This document shows positions 26,552-39,320 of a stretch of DNA of 64,000 nt, piece after piece (the first letter of the stretch is position 1; each line of letters starts with the position of its first letter). Origin of the DNA: Cenococcum geophilum (taxonomy: Eukaryota); contig CP158635.1 in NCBI GenBank assembly GCA_050273025.1, positions 29,450,001 to 29,514,000 of the forward strand. The letters are read 5' to 3'. The notes below the pieces were generated by a model. It saw nothing but the letters and a program-made list of their open reading frames with translations, ran no database searches and had not been told where the DNA came from. Position numbers and translations under genes: made by a program.

Positions 26552-26979
26552 CTTAGTATAATATTAAAGTTTGGTCTAATATATAGAATATTATAAGAAG
26601 AACTGCTTATAATATAATAATACCTTAAAAAATATCTAGAAAAAGGATTTATTTATCCTAGTTAATTACTATTTACCTTACCTATATTATTTATTAAAAA
26701 GTTAAAAGGAGGCTTAAGATTCTATAATAATTACTAAGCTTTAAATATAATTATAATTTAAAATTAGTATTTAATTCCCCTAATCTAAGAGACACTTAAC
26801 TGCCTAGTAAAGGTATAATATTTTATAAAGCTTAATATAGTTACTGCCTTTAATTAAATTCACGTTTATAAAGGAGATAAGGAGTATATAGCCTTCTATA
26901 TATAATAGGGACTCTTTAAATACCTAATAATGCTATTTAGTATAAAGAACGGTCCTAGTATATTTTAGTAATATATTAA
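26552..26979 (+). pseudogene. Ty3/gypsy RT fragment (family G4), host of G3 and Helitron copy 2
   Basis: RIP-reversed reading KGFIRPSQSPFASPVLF...GGLRFC.DYRALN...FTKLDIVAAF...FEYLVMPFG.KNGPS.FQQYIN. Confidence 0.85.
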
Positions 26980-29900
26980 CGAGAAATAAGTAAATTTTCT
27001 AAAGAAATTTTCAAAATTACCAACTTACAGCCGGTAATTGTGGTCCTTAGAGAAATTTACTTATTTCTCGCGCCTACGGCGGGCTTTTGTCCTTCTAAAC
27101 TTAGTCTGCCCTACCACTGCCCCGCTACTACCCTACTGCTATTACTACTGCCACTGTACTATCCTGTAGCAACACCTTCGGATATATAATATTAGTAGTA
27201 GTAGCATCGCCTTCCTGTGGCAGTAATAGCGAAAGCCCGCGTATATCCGTTACTCTTAATAGCGCAATATATAACTGCCTATGGGTAAAAACTGGTATAC
27301 GTAAGTTAACGCTAATAAAGTTAAAAAACTGCCCTTATAACTTATTTATAGTTATAGTAAAGCACAGCTAGATTAGAAACTGCCTTCTACTAATAATAAA
27401 CGGCAGCTCTCCGTCTGTAGAGGTAAGCTTAATATAAAGGATTAGCCGCAGCTAGCTGTAAAAGCCACCGCTAAGCATTTAAGCTTTAATATAGCGGCGG
27501 CCTAGGCGCGTAATAACTATACAGGTGCCGTTATAGAGCCCTTCCTTAGGGTAGAGGTTCTGTAAAAGGATTACGGGCGTGTCTACCTTTAGGGAAAGCT
27601 TTAACGGAGGTGGGCTATTAGGGTTAAACGTTTGTAAGAGCTCCGCTAGTAGCAGTTCTATATAATCCTCTTCTCTATTTTACTCTATAAAGTCTATAAA
27701 ATAAAAGGTGCTTAAAGAGCCGTAGAGCTGTAAAAGGATAGCCTTATTAATCTTAGCTATAATATTATTATAAATAGTTAGAATAGTGTAATCGCGGAAG
27801 GTATTAGAAGTAGTATATACGTAAGTAAGTAGTTATAGAGGGTATATATAGCTATAAAAGGATTCCTAGGACCGGAATAGGGCTATGCTAAATAGAATAC
27901 TAATACTGCTAGCTAGGGCTGCATTATAGGATAAGACTTACACCTAAGCTGCGAACTACTAATTTATCTCGCCCTAATAGATATATATATTTAACCATAG
28001 GGATAGTATATAGAAGGTAGATTAGAGGAATAACCGCTATAGGTAGGCACCTATAATAGCTACGCAGTTCCCCTATAGGACGATATGTAGTATCTAAGTA
28101 AAGTTACTACCTAAAATAGTAGAGAGTCCGCTAAAAGTAGAGTTATTAAAACAGATGTCCGTAAGTATACGGTATACGGCTTTAAAGTAGTAGTGGTGCT
28201 ATATAAGTACCTTATCCTAGATAAGTAAGGAGGTATAGTATAAAAGCTTAGCTAGATTTAACCTTTTAGAGATATTATAAGTATACTCTTTATATAGATT
28301 AATAGGTATTTAAAAACGGGAGTAGGTAATATAACTGCTAGGTAGTAAAAGGGCTATAATACTAGAAGAAGCTATATAAAGAATAATCTTATTATATAAG
28401 CGGTAGTAGTAGTAAAAATAGTAATAGAGAAATGTTTTACTAGTGCCTATAGGGCCCTAGAGAAAGAAGCGGGCGGTTTATAAATTCGTATCTATTACGG
28501 CAATAATAGTATTAAAGCACGCTACCTAATCCGCATTTAACTGCTAGCATAGGTTAGTAAACTAGCGTTCTTCCTCTATAGGGTTATATTGCAGTAGCTC
28601 CGCTATAAGAAGTAGGTTACTTCCATTAGTAATAATACCCCACTAGTGCTAGAACTAGGGCAGGCTATAGTTTATAAACGTCTTTTAGTAATTAGTAAGT
28701 ATCTAATAGATAAGGTATAGGCCGTAATTAAGATAGGCGTTATTGTCCTCGCTAACTATAGAAGAAATATTAGGTTGGCGGGCCAAAAAGCGAGGTAGAT
28801 TATTATAGATAAACTGTTTAAAGCTGTCCTATAAAGTAACTGGCTCCGTAATAGGGCTATAAAATAAAGTAGTAATAAATAAGAAATATAGCTAGGGGCT
28901 AATAGTAAAAACGGCGGCTTCTGTTAAGTAATTAATCCACTTACAATTATCCTCTAGTAGCCCTAAGGCGACGTAAGTGGCCTAAAAGGTTAGATAGGCG
29001 ATACTATCAATAGTATAAAGGGTTTTAAAGGAGGTAGGGCCGGAAACGGACATTAGTAGCAGCCGTAAGTGGAACCTCTCGCCTATAATAGGGCTATAGT
29101 AATATATACGGACTATTATAGTACATTGCTAGTAAGGACGCCACTCCCGCTGCTTTATATAAAAGATATACCGCTTAGAGAAGTCTTAATATAGGCAGTT
29201 ACGGCTATCCTTATACTCCGCGTTATACTTAAAGAAGGCTATTAAGGTAGAGTAGAAGAGCTTAAGGCGCTATTAAATCTCCTCTATAGACTAGTCTAGC
29301 TAAAAGTATATAAGCTGCTTACCTAGAAGGTATACCGCAAGCTAGATTATAAGGGGGAACTCCTTATAAACGGGAAACTTAAATAGCCGCTAGATAGCCT
29401 CGGAGGGGCTAATATAATAGCCCTATAAATACTAGCTTACCTTATTACCGTCTATAAGCCGTAAAGTAGTACGGTTACTCCCCTTATATATACTTATAAA
29501 TATACTTAATAGACTATACGGAGGCGCAGACCTTAATATTTATATATATATAATACTTTATAGTTAAATACGGGCAGTATAAAATAATTTAGCGGTTATT
29601 TATTTTAAATATAGCTCTAGTAGGCCCTAGTAAGCGAATAGACTATAACCGCAGATTATTGCAACGGCGGTATTTTAGATAGCTGTCCTTATATACAATA
29701 GAAGTAGGGTTAAAAGGCTTAGGGTACTGCTTTAAGTAGGTTAATAAAAGGCCTAGGCCTAGTGTAACTATATAGAGAGCTCGCGGATTCTAGGAGCCGT
29801 AAGGGCCGTAAACTATTATTAACTTTATAATCTTAGTAAGATAACTAGTAGGATTATCCTTAGGCTATAAAAGCTCCGCGGATATAAAATGGTTAATAAT

Positions 29901-32900
29901 GGCTAGGTTTAGCAGCCTATCGCGGTTATATAGATATAGGAAAAGCAGTAGGTATAAATAGGGCAGGCCCTATTTCTAGTACTTAATAGTCTAAATAGAG
30001 CTGCGGTATTAGCTAAAGATCTACTTCCGTTTTAGGTTATATAGAAAGTAGGTAACTTTTATATAAAAGACGTATATAACTAGATTAGGCCTATCTATAG
30101 CGGTTTAGCTAGGTAGGAGCTTGTAGGTAATCTTATCCTACCTAGGGTTAGTAGTAAACGTAATAAATATACTTAGACGGCCGTATTTATAGATAATAGC
30201 TATTAAATTTCAATAGTACTGGCCGATAAAGCAAGCTCCGCTAAGGAAACTAGATAAAAGGACTATACGGTGGCCTAATAATATAGGGTCCAGATTGTAG
30301 CGAGTAAGAGCATCTATAATGCCATTATATAGCTCCGCGTAGAGGGTTGTTTAGTTAGAACAGATTTAGGTAAGCTTATTCTAATTATATAGCGCCTATA
30401 TATCTATAACATACTACTAAAATAGTTAGTAATAAGTAAAAGGGACTAACCTAAAGTTAATATGGACGTATAGGTAGAACTAAAAGTATACCTACTGTAA
30501 CGGCGCTATCGCACATTACCTGCTAAATTCTGCTATATTCTGCCGACCTATAATTAGCTCGCCCAGAGCTAGCGCCTTAGCGGCTCACCCTATATATTTG
30601 TTTACATCGGTCCTAGCAACCCCTTTTTCCCTTCTCCTTAGCTTGGTATTTTCGTAATACAGCATTCTATAAGCTTTGGTTTAGAGGCATTTATATAAGC
30701 CGTAATATTATATTAAGCTTACCCTACCCTACCTGGGAAGGCCTTAATAATATCCTACCCCAAAAGAAACTTCGTCTGCAACGACGCGTTAACGCGCTAT
30801 ACTTAGACACTAAAACAACTCTATACTACCTAGGAAGGCCTAGATAATATCCCACTTTATAAGCTAAATAGGGCTGGACCTATACCCCTAGAATTAAAAC
30901 TAAAGTATATAATACCGATAAACCCTAAGAAGCTAACGATAGCACCTAAAGCAAGCTTATTTAAGAGAGCTATCTTTACCTAAGAGGAACCTAAGATCTA
31001 ATTGGGATTAGAAATCGAAGATAATAATAACATTATAGATATACGCGAGTAGATTTACGCCCTTACGGCTAGCTAGAAGGCTAATTGTCTTAAAGTAAGA
31101 AATATATAAGAGACCCTATAAGAGATCCTAAAAACCCTTATAGCCCTATAAAATAGCCTAGCTTTTCCTTCCTAAAGCCCTAGCTAATCTATTTACTTTA
31201 CTAAATATAATACACTAGGGAGTATGGATACGATAATAAAGTAATTAAAGTCCGTTAAGCTTCTTAACCCTTAACCCCTATTTAATGGGATAGACTTTAC
31301 CTTTAAGAATTGGAGGATCTAAGTATAAGAAAACCTCCGCGTTAATTATAACTATTTTCCCTCTAAAAAAGCTAGGATGCTTTACCTCTTTAGTTAAACT
31401 ATAGGAGATGCCTAATGTTACCTTTAAGCTAAATTTAAGGACAACTTCCTTATCCGCTTTACATCTATTAATAAGATGCTATAGTATTTAGCCGCTATAT
31501 ATATAAACCCAAACAAAGCACGGGACGCGCGTTATAACTATAATGGCTTAATAATAAAGTTAAACTAATCCTTTACTAAGTTTTAGACTTAATTCTTACA
31601 CCTAGCGGGTAAAGGCTAGGTTCCCCTTAAGAATTACCGTTTGGACCTATATAACAAGCTAACGGTTTAACTATAAGAGAAGATTGTAATAGCCTTAGAC
31701 AACCTACTAACCTATTAAAAACTCGCAGCCTAATGTTTATTATTTAACTTAGAATTAAAGTAAATTAACACCTATTCTAATTAATAAAAAAGGGCTTATA
31801 GTAGTTAAAACTCGTTAACTACACTTATAGGAGCTGGAGTAGGAAGATAAGCCATAATAGCCCTTATACTAAAAGCGGTTATATCTACGCACTGGTAAGC
31901 CTCGCCTAACTAACTATATACTACACCATTAACTAGTACTTGTTGTAATACCCTAATTAACTCTGCCTTGGCTACGTGCTATAATTATAATAAGGAGGGT
32001 TACTTTACCTTATTTTGCCTAGAGCTAAAGGATATAGGCGATATTAAGGAAATAGAGGAAGGAGAAACGTCTGACGAGTTAGGAAAAAAAGAGCCCTAGG
32101 GAAAGACTTCCCCCTAGGGTACCCTATTAATCTTAAAGAGATTAATCTTAGTTAGTTAATAGGTGGGAAGTATTTTACCGTTTTATATATAGTATCTTAA
32201 AATAGATATAAAGTAAATATAACTGCCCTTATTAACACTAGAGTAAATAGCTTTGCCTTTATAAATACTATCTATATAAATAATATTGCCAAAATTTTAA
32301 ATGCAAAAGCCACCTAATTAGAAAAGCCTATTTAGGTAAAAGGCTATAACGGCTAAGCCGGTCGGCCGGTTACCTACGTCTTAAAGTTATATATTGCTCT
32401 TAACAGACGACGCTAATATAGTATCCCTTTTTATATCCTAGACCTAGGGTCCTATAATATAATCCTTAGCTAAAAATAAATGTCCCATTTTAATATTTGG
32501 CTAAACGTATAATAAAGACAATTTGTTTGGCTGAAGGATAGACTAAAACTACCCTAATTTATTAGGAAAATCCAAACTAATTATAAAACACTAGCTGTAA
32601 AGGCTAACCCTACCTACTAGTAGGATGTCTGGGCCCGTAACCTAGCCTTTACCTAAGAAGACGTCCGCTGTAAAGCTAGAAAGAACTTTATACTAATAAA
32701 AATACTTTCCTAAAGCGCTATGTTTAAAGAGGACTCTATATATAAAAGCGGGATAGAGAGTAATATAGATAATATCTAAGTTGCGCAGATCTAACCGGTA
32801 TAGAAAAGAACGTATTAATAGGATATAAGGGATAACCTCTAAAAGATACAATAGAAGCTAAAAGGAGTAATAATAACGCTAGTACTTTAGAACCCCCTAA

Positions 32901-35900
32901 AGTTATATATATCCCTATTATTATATAAACCCCCTATAGTAAATATTACCGTAATTAGCGCTATAGCGTTATACTTTAATATATACCGGAAGGATAATAA
33001 GGTCTTTATAATAAGCCTATATAAGATTAACTAAATTATTAATAATAGGGAGGAAAAGCCGGCTAAGGAAACTAATAAGGAACTAGTTAAACGCCTTCTT
33101 TTTACTATTTATATAGATTATAAGGATACATTTTTAAAAGCGGCCTTAGATAAGTTACCTCTTTACCAGACATATAATTATAAAATTTAATTAAAAGCTA
33201 ATAACTCGCTAGGCTATAGCCCCCTCTATTAATAATTAACGGATAAGCTAAAAGCAATAAAGTAGTACTTAATTGGTAACCTAGATAAAGGGTTTATTAA
33301 GCTAAGTTAAGCCCCTTTACTTCCCCTATCCTATTTATAAAAAAGCTTAATAAAGGCCTTTATTTTTATATTAACTATTAAAAGCTAAACGCTATTACTT
33401 AAAAGGACTAGTACCTTATTCCTTTAATTAACAAGACCTTTACACATTTAAGCTAGGTAAAGATCTTTACTAAACTTAATATCTGCTAAGCTTTTTACCG
33501 AATTAAAATAAACCCTATATTTAAAGATTTAATAATATTCCGTACCCGTTATAGTTCCTATAAATATAAAGTTCTTCCTTTTAGACTAATAAACGGACTA
33601 GCTACGTACTAAAGGTATATAAATAACGTTCTTTTTAATTACCTTAACGAGTTCTATACGGTATACCTAGACGATATTCTTATATACGTAAACAACGAAC
33701 TTAAGTATTAAGTTTATATTAAGAAGGTTTTAGAGAAACTATAAAACGCGGGCTTATAAGTTAATATTAAGAAATATAAGTTTAGGGTAAAACGTATAAA
33801 ATACCTTAGGTTTATTGTAACTATAGAAGGAATTAAGGTTAACCCTAAAAAGGTAAAGGTAATCTGTAACTAAAAGCCCCCTTATATAGTAAAAGGAATC
33901 TAATCCTTCCTTAGTTTTTATAACTTCTATTACTAGTTTATCCGCGACTATAGAATTATAGCAAAACCTCTTATATAACTAACTAAGAAGGACACACCTT
34001 TTATCTTTAATAATAACTATATAAAATCCTTTAAAGAGATAAAAGATCGGCTTATCTCTTCCCTAATTCTTTATTACTATAACCTAGACCTTAAATTAAT
34101 GCTAGAAACGGACGCCTCTAATAGGATCGTAGTGGGAATCCTATTATAGTTATATTTAGACAGCGAATGGTACCCTATTACCTTTTTTTAAAAAATAATA
34201 AACCTGGCTAAGTATAACTATAAAGTGTATAATAAAAAGATGCTAGCTATTATTTAATTACTTTTCTAATAGTATATAGAGCTTAAAGGTATAAACTTTT
34301 AGATTAAGATATATATAGACTATAAAGCCCTAAAGTACTTTATAACTATAAAGCAGCTTACTAAATAATAAGCCTAATAGGCTAAGATATTCTCCTAATT
34401 CTTCTTTATAATTATATATTGTTCTAGTAAGTAAAACTTTAAGGCTAATACCCTAACCTAAAGAGAATAAGATGTAGGACCTTAGGATAAGCTAAAGACC
34501 TAATATTGGACGCGCGCCCTTTTTTATCCCAAATAGCTTAACCCGCGGATTCTTAAGGAGCTAAACTTCTAGCTAAATAAGCTAGTATTAATAGAGGAGA
34601 CCTTAGATAAACTAATAGGGCTAATTAACCGCCTCCTAACTATAAACCGCACGGCTAACGCCCTAAAGGCCCTCCGCGATTAAGCTATAAAGGGAGACCC
34701 TAATTTTAAGGTAGAGGAAGGGTTACTCCTATACTAGGAGCGGCTTATAGTCCCTAATGTTAATAATCTATAAACTAAACTAATTCGTGAAGCTTATTAC
34801 TAAGTTTTTATAGTATACTTTAGCAAGAATAAGACCTGTAAAATTATTAACTACTACTACTACTACTAGCTAAGAATAGTTGCGGATATTAATTAATATA
34901 TATAGAACTGTAAAGACTATAGAAGAGCTATAATCCTATAGGATAAAATACTAGGACTACTTAAGCCACTTCTAATACTAGAGCGCCCTTAGCAGTATAT
35001 TTTTATAGACTTTTATAAATTACTTAGGGACCGTAACGGATATAATATAGTTATAGTTATAGTTAACCGCTTTAGCAAATACCTATTCTTAATTCCCTAT
35101 TATAAAAATATTAATGCTAAAGAGGTAGCCTAGCTATATATTTATTACGTCTACCAAATCTATAGACTACTAAATACTATTATATCTAATTATAGGCTAT
35201 AGTTTATATCGGCCTTTTAGAATAAGTTTATCTAAATCCTAAGTATTAAGCTAAAGCTTTCTATAGCTTACTACCCCTAGACAGATAGTTAGATGGAGAT
35301 TATAAATTAGTACCTAAACTAGAGGCTTAGGCCCTTTATTAACTATTTCTAGGATAACTAGTCTAAACTACTACCCTTAATAGACTACGCCTAAGCAACC
35401 CTACCCTATAACTCCATAGGGTTTACCCCAATTTAGCTAGAAATAGGATACTTACCCTATATAAGCTTTAACTGGAAAAAGCTAGAAGAACCCTAGACTA
35501 TATAAGAGAAGCTATTCTATACTAAGACCTAATAGTACACTAAATACTTAGAAGAAGCCTAGACGGTAGCCTATAAAAACCTAAAAAAAGCTTAAAGGTT
35601 AATAGAACAGTAGGTAAATAAACACCGTTAAGAGCCTAACTTTGCCCCTAATAATATAGTCTAGGTTATAATAAGGAATTAAAAGACTAAACAACCTAGC
35701 TATAAGCTAGACTATTAGATAGCAGGACCATGTAAGGTTCTTAAGAAGATAGGTAACTTGTATAAGGTAAAGCTCCTAGATTTAATTAGGGTTTACCCTA
35801 TTTTCTTACTAGATAAGTTACGGAAAGCTATAAACAACCTATTGCCTAGATAAAAGAATAAGCCTCCCCTACTAGTTTAAGTAAACGGTGACGATAAATA

Positions 35901-38214
35901 GGAAGTTAGTAAAATACTAGCCTATAAGATAGTACGGGGAACGCTAAAATACCGTATCTAATAAAAGGGCTATAATCTAGACCTAACCTAGTACCCTATA
36001 TAGAACTTTATAGGCTACCCCTAGAAGCTTAAAGAGTTTTATAACTAATACCCTAATATACCTAAACCCCTAAAGTACCTAGATAAATAGATAGAATACT
36101 AGTATAATAAAGACAATAAGTTACCGGAGGAATATAGGGATAAAAACGCCCTAAAGCCCTAATATAGCTGTCTGTTAAATTCTGCCAAATTCTACTAAAT
36201 TCTGCTAGTACTGTAAAATTTCAGATATCTAGGAACTTTGACCGCCGGTTAAAGTTGTCTAATTAGTTAGATCTATACTAAGACTTTTTAACAGCTACTT
36301 TTTTTAGCCTAGTGCTTTTACTTAGCCTATAATTGCCTTTTGTACTTAGTCTGGGCGCACTTATATCCCCTTTATATCCTTATCTTATATTTTATAATCC
36401 TACGTTTATAAGCCTAGTGCTACCCTATTTCTAACTAAGCCTAAGGGTAGGCTTTCTTTTAAAGAGGGGGGTAATATAACGGCGCTATCGCACGTTATTT
36501 ACTAAATTCTGCTATATTCTGCCGACTTATAATTAGCTCGCCTAGAGCTAGCGCCTTAGCGGCTTACCCTATATATTTGTTTACATTGGTCCTGGCGACC
36601 CCTTTTTCCCTTCTTCTTAGCTTAGTATCTTTGTAATATAGCATTTTACAAGCTTCGGTTTAGAGGCATTTATATAAACCGTAATACCTACTAGGTTAAA
36701 CGGTCTCGCTAGTAGGCTTAATTAGAGTTACGTAGCTAGAGACCTTAGTACTAGCTAGTATTACTACGAGGGAAGAGTAATATATAGTAGAGCGGTATAT
36801 ATACAGCATGTATTAAGTTAATACAGTAGTACCACGGCTGCTTATTAGGCGTATAACGCTCTATAAGTATAATATCGCAGAAGCTGGCATTACTATACTT
36901 ATCTAGTATAATAACGGCCACCTTGTTACTTATTAGGAAGTTCTTATAGCGCCAATTAGCACTAGCCTCTAAGATAAGCCGTATCTATAAATTTAAGATA
37001 ATCTGTAATAGGGCTATTATAGGCTAAGCCTAAAGCCGTTTTCTTATAGTTTAATAAAAGGTAATATAAGGGTTCCGTTCCTTAGATAGTATAGCAATAA
37101 GGTACTATAGAATAGTTATATTTAGCTTAGTATTAGAATAGGCCTATAGCTAGATATCTATAGTATAACTAGGGTTATAAAAGTATAGCTAAGTATACTG
37201 CAAAGTAATATCGGTAAAAGGATTTAGTGGGCCCTATAGATAGTAAAGCTTGCTATATATTTAGAAGCAATTTGGGCCGCTATAGGCTATACTATAGTTA
37301 GTAATGGTATAGTTTACGGACGTAAAAGCTAATGCTATATTATATAAGCGGAGCGCTCCCTAAACTACCTAGTAAAAGTACTATAGGACTTTAAAAGATC
37401 GTGTAGATATTTTAGCAAAGGCTAGAATAAAGGGAGGTTTATATTACTATGCTTATAGTAGGCTTTAAACCGTAGATTACTAGGCGGTAATATATTAATA
37501 TATTTATTAACCCAATATAGGGCCGCGTAGAAGTTATAGGTAATATCTATAGAACCGAGATCTAGCTGCTCCGTAATATGGCGGACTATAGTAATAAGAC
37601 CACAATCTAGCTGCTCCGTAATAGGGCGGACTATAGTAATAGGCCTAATATCTAACTGGCTCGTAATAGGGCGGACCGTAGCAAATCGCGGCTAGATCGA
37701 TATAGGCGGTATAAAAAGGCGGGAAGTAGAGGGAGAAGTAGCGGCGGAGGTAGTAGCGGAGGCAATAGCGGCTATACTAGCGGCCGCAGTTTAGTTTATA
37801 GGCTATAGAAGGTCCGCTAAAGGTCGTCGTTAGAACCATCTCTATCTTTTCTCCTATATAAGAATTAGAAAGGCAGTAAGTAAAAAAAGGGAATAAAAAG
37901 GATTAATCCTATAAGATTTATAGGTCTTATTTAGAGCTCTTTAGTAGGTTAGTATAAAGTTAGCAGAAGGGCGATACTACTTATAGGCGTTACAAAATAT
38001 ACAATTAGAAGGCATTTAGGTAGTAAGTAGGGAGTATAGTAGGTAGGGTGGTAATATATAGAAGATATTTAAGCAGTAAGGGGTAGAAAGAGGTTATAAG
38101 GTTGTAAATTTAATAGGGTAGCACGTAAGGTAGCACGTCCCCTTATTATATAACCCGAACCAATTTTTAACCAATTAAAACCTTAGGTTTAACCCAAACT
38201 CAGCATATATTAGA
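26980..38214 (-). mobile_element. Helitron copy 2, full length, interrupted by G2 copy 2
   Basis: Colinear with 1-4350; PIF1 C-terminus NVVYPEVLL ~27170-27195; 5' TC at 38214-38213; 3' end CTCG at 26980, followed by target T on the minus strand. Confidence 0.92.
30496..36686 (+). mobile_element. Ty3/gypsy chromovirus G2 copy 2, full length
   Basis: LTRs 30496-30707 and 36475-36686; TSD cctac (30491-30495 / 36687-36691); gag CCHC ~31975-32020; slippery site plus stem ~32080-32120; protease ALVDTGA ~32225; RT YLDD ~33664; integrase; chromodomain ~35890-36060; PPT aaagaggggggtaa. Confidence 0.96.
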
Positions 38215-39000
38215 CGAGAAATAAGCAAATTTTCTAAGGAAATTTTTAAAATTACCGACCTACAGCTGGTAATTTTGGTCCTTGGAGAAATTTACTTATT
38301 TCTCGCGCCTATGGTGGGCTTTTGTCCTTCTAAACTTAGTCTATCCTACTACTGCCCTGCTACTACCCTACTACTACCCTACTACTGCCGCTGCTGCCAC
38401 TACTACTATACTTTCCCGCAGCAACACCTCCGGAGATATAATATTAGCAGTTATACTATTCCCGTTCTGCGGTAGTAATAGTAAAAGCCTACCTATATCC
38501 GTTACTCTTAATAGTACAACATATAGCTGCCTATACGTAAAGACTAGTATACGCAAATTAACCCTAATAAAGTTAAAAGACTGCCCCTGCGACTTATTTA
38601 CGGTTATAGCAAAGTATAACTAAATTGGAAACTGCCTTCTACTAATAATAAACGGCAGTTCTCCCTCCGTAGAGGTAAGCTTAATATAAGGGATTAGCCG
38701 TAGCTGCCCGTAAAAGCTACCACTAAGCATCTAAGCTTTAATATAGCGGCGGCCTAGGCGCGTAATAACTATAGAGGTGCCGTTATAGAGGCCCTCCTTA
38801 GGGTAAAGGTTCCGTAAAAGAATTATAGATACGCCTACCTTAAGGGAAAACTTTGACGGAGGTAAGCTATTAGGATTAAGTGTTTATAGAAGCTCTAGCG
38901 GCGGTAGTATAGTATTACTATTATCTTCTTCTCTACTTTGCTCTACAGTATTTATAGAAAAAAAGGTCCTTAGGGAGCCGTGGAGCCGTATAAGGATAGT
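38215..39000 (-). mobile_element. Helitron copy 3, 3'-terminal fragment fused to the 5' end of copy 2
   Basis: Homologous to 26980-27740 including the terminal hairpin; its last ~80 bp match window positions 1-78. Confidence 0.9.
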
Positions 39001-39320
39001 TAGAGGTTTTTTGTACCTATATTACGGCGGTAATCTACATAGACCTTAATTGGGACCGCATTAGACGTTAATTGAGAATTAATAATAATAGATATATATG
39101 TCTTAATTAAGAAATAAGGCGGCGCGGTAGTAGCAGTCTGGGCTTATAACCTTACCTTAGCGAGCTTAGACACGATTTTTTTTATCTCGGTCCTAGACGA
39201 TAATCTAATTATAAGCTGCTTATATAATAGGTTAATTAGCTTATATTATTATCGTCTAGTACACGGTTTGGAAATTTGTTAGTCCCGCGCGCTAATTTAT
39301 ATATAATCCTTACTAAAACT

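Noticed and set aside
38150..38200. Telomere-like taaccc motifs
   Set aside because: Isolated hexamers within the Helitron 5' region, not a tandem TTAGGG array.
38275..38623. ORFs resembling small secreted or membrane proteins
   Set aside because: Antisense or off-frame readings of the Helitron PIF1 C-terminus and terminal hairpin.
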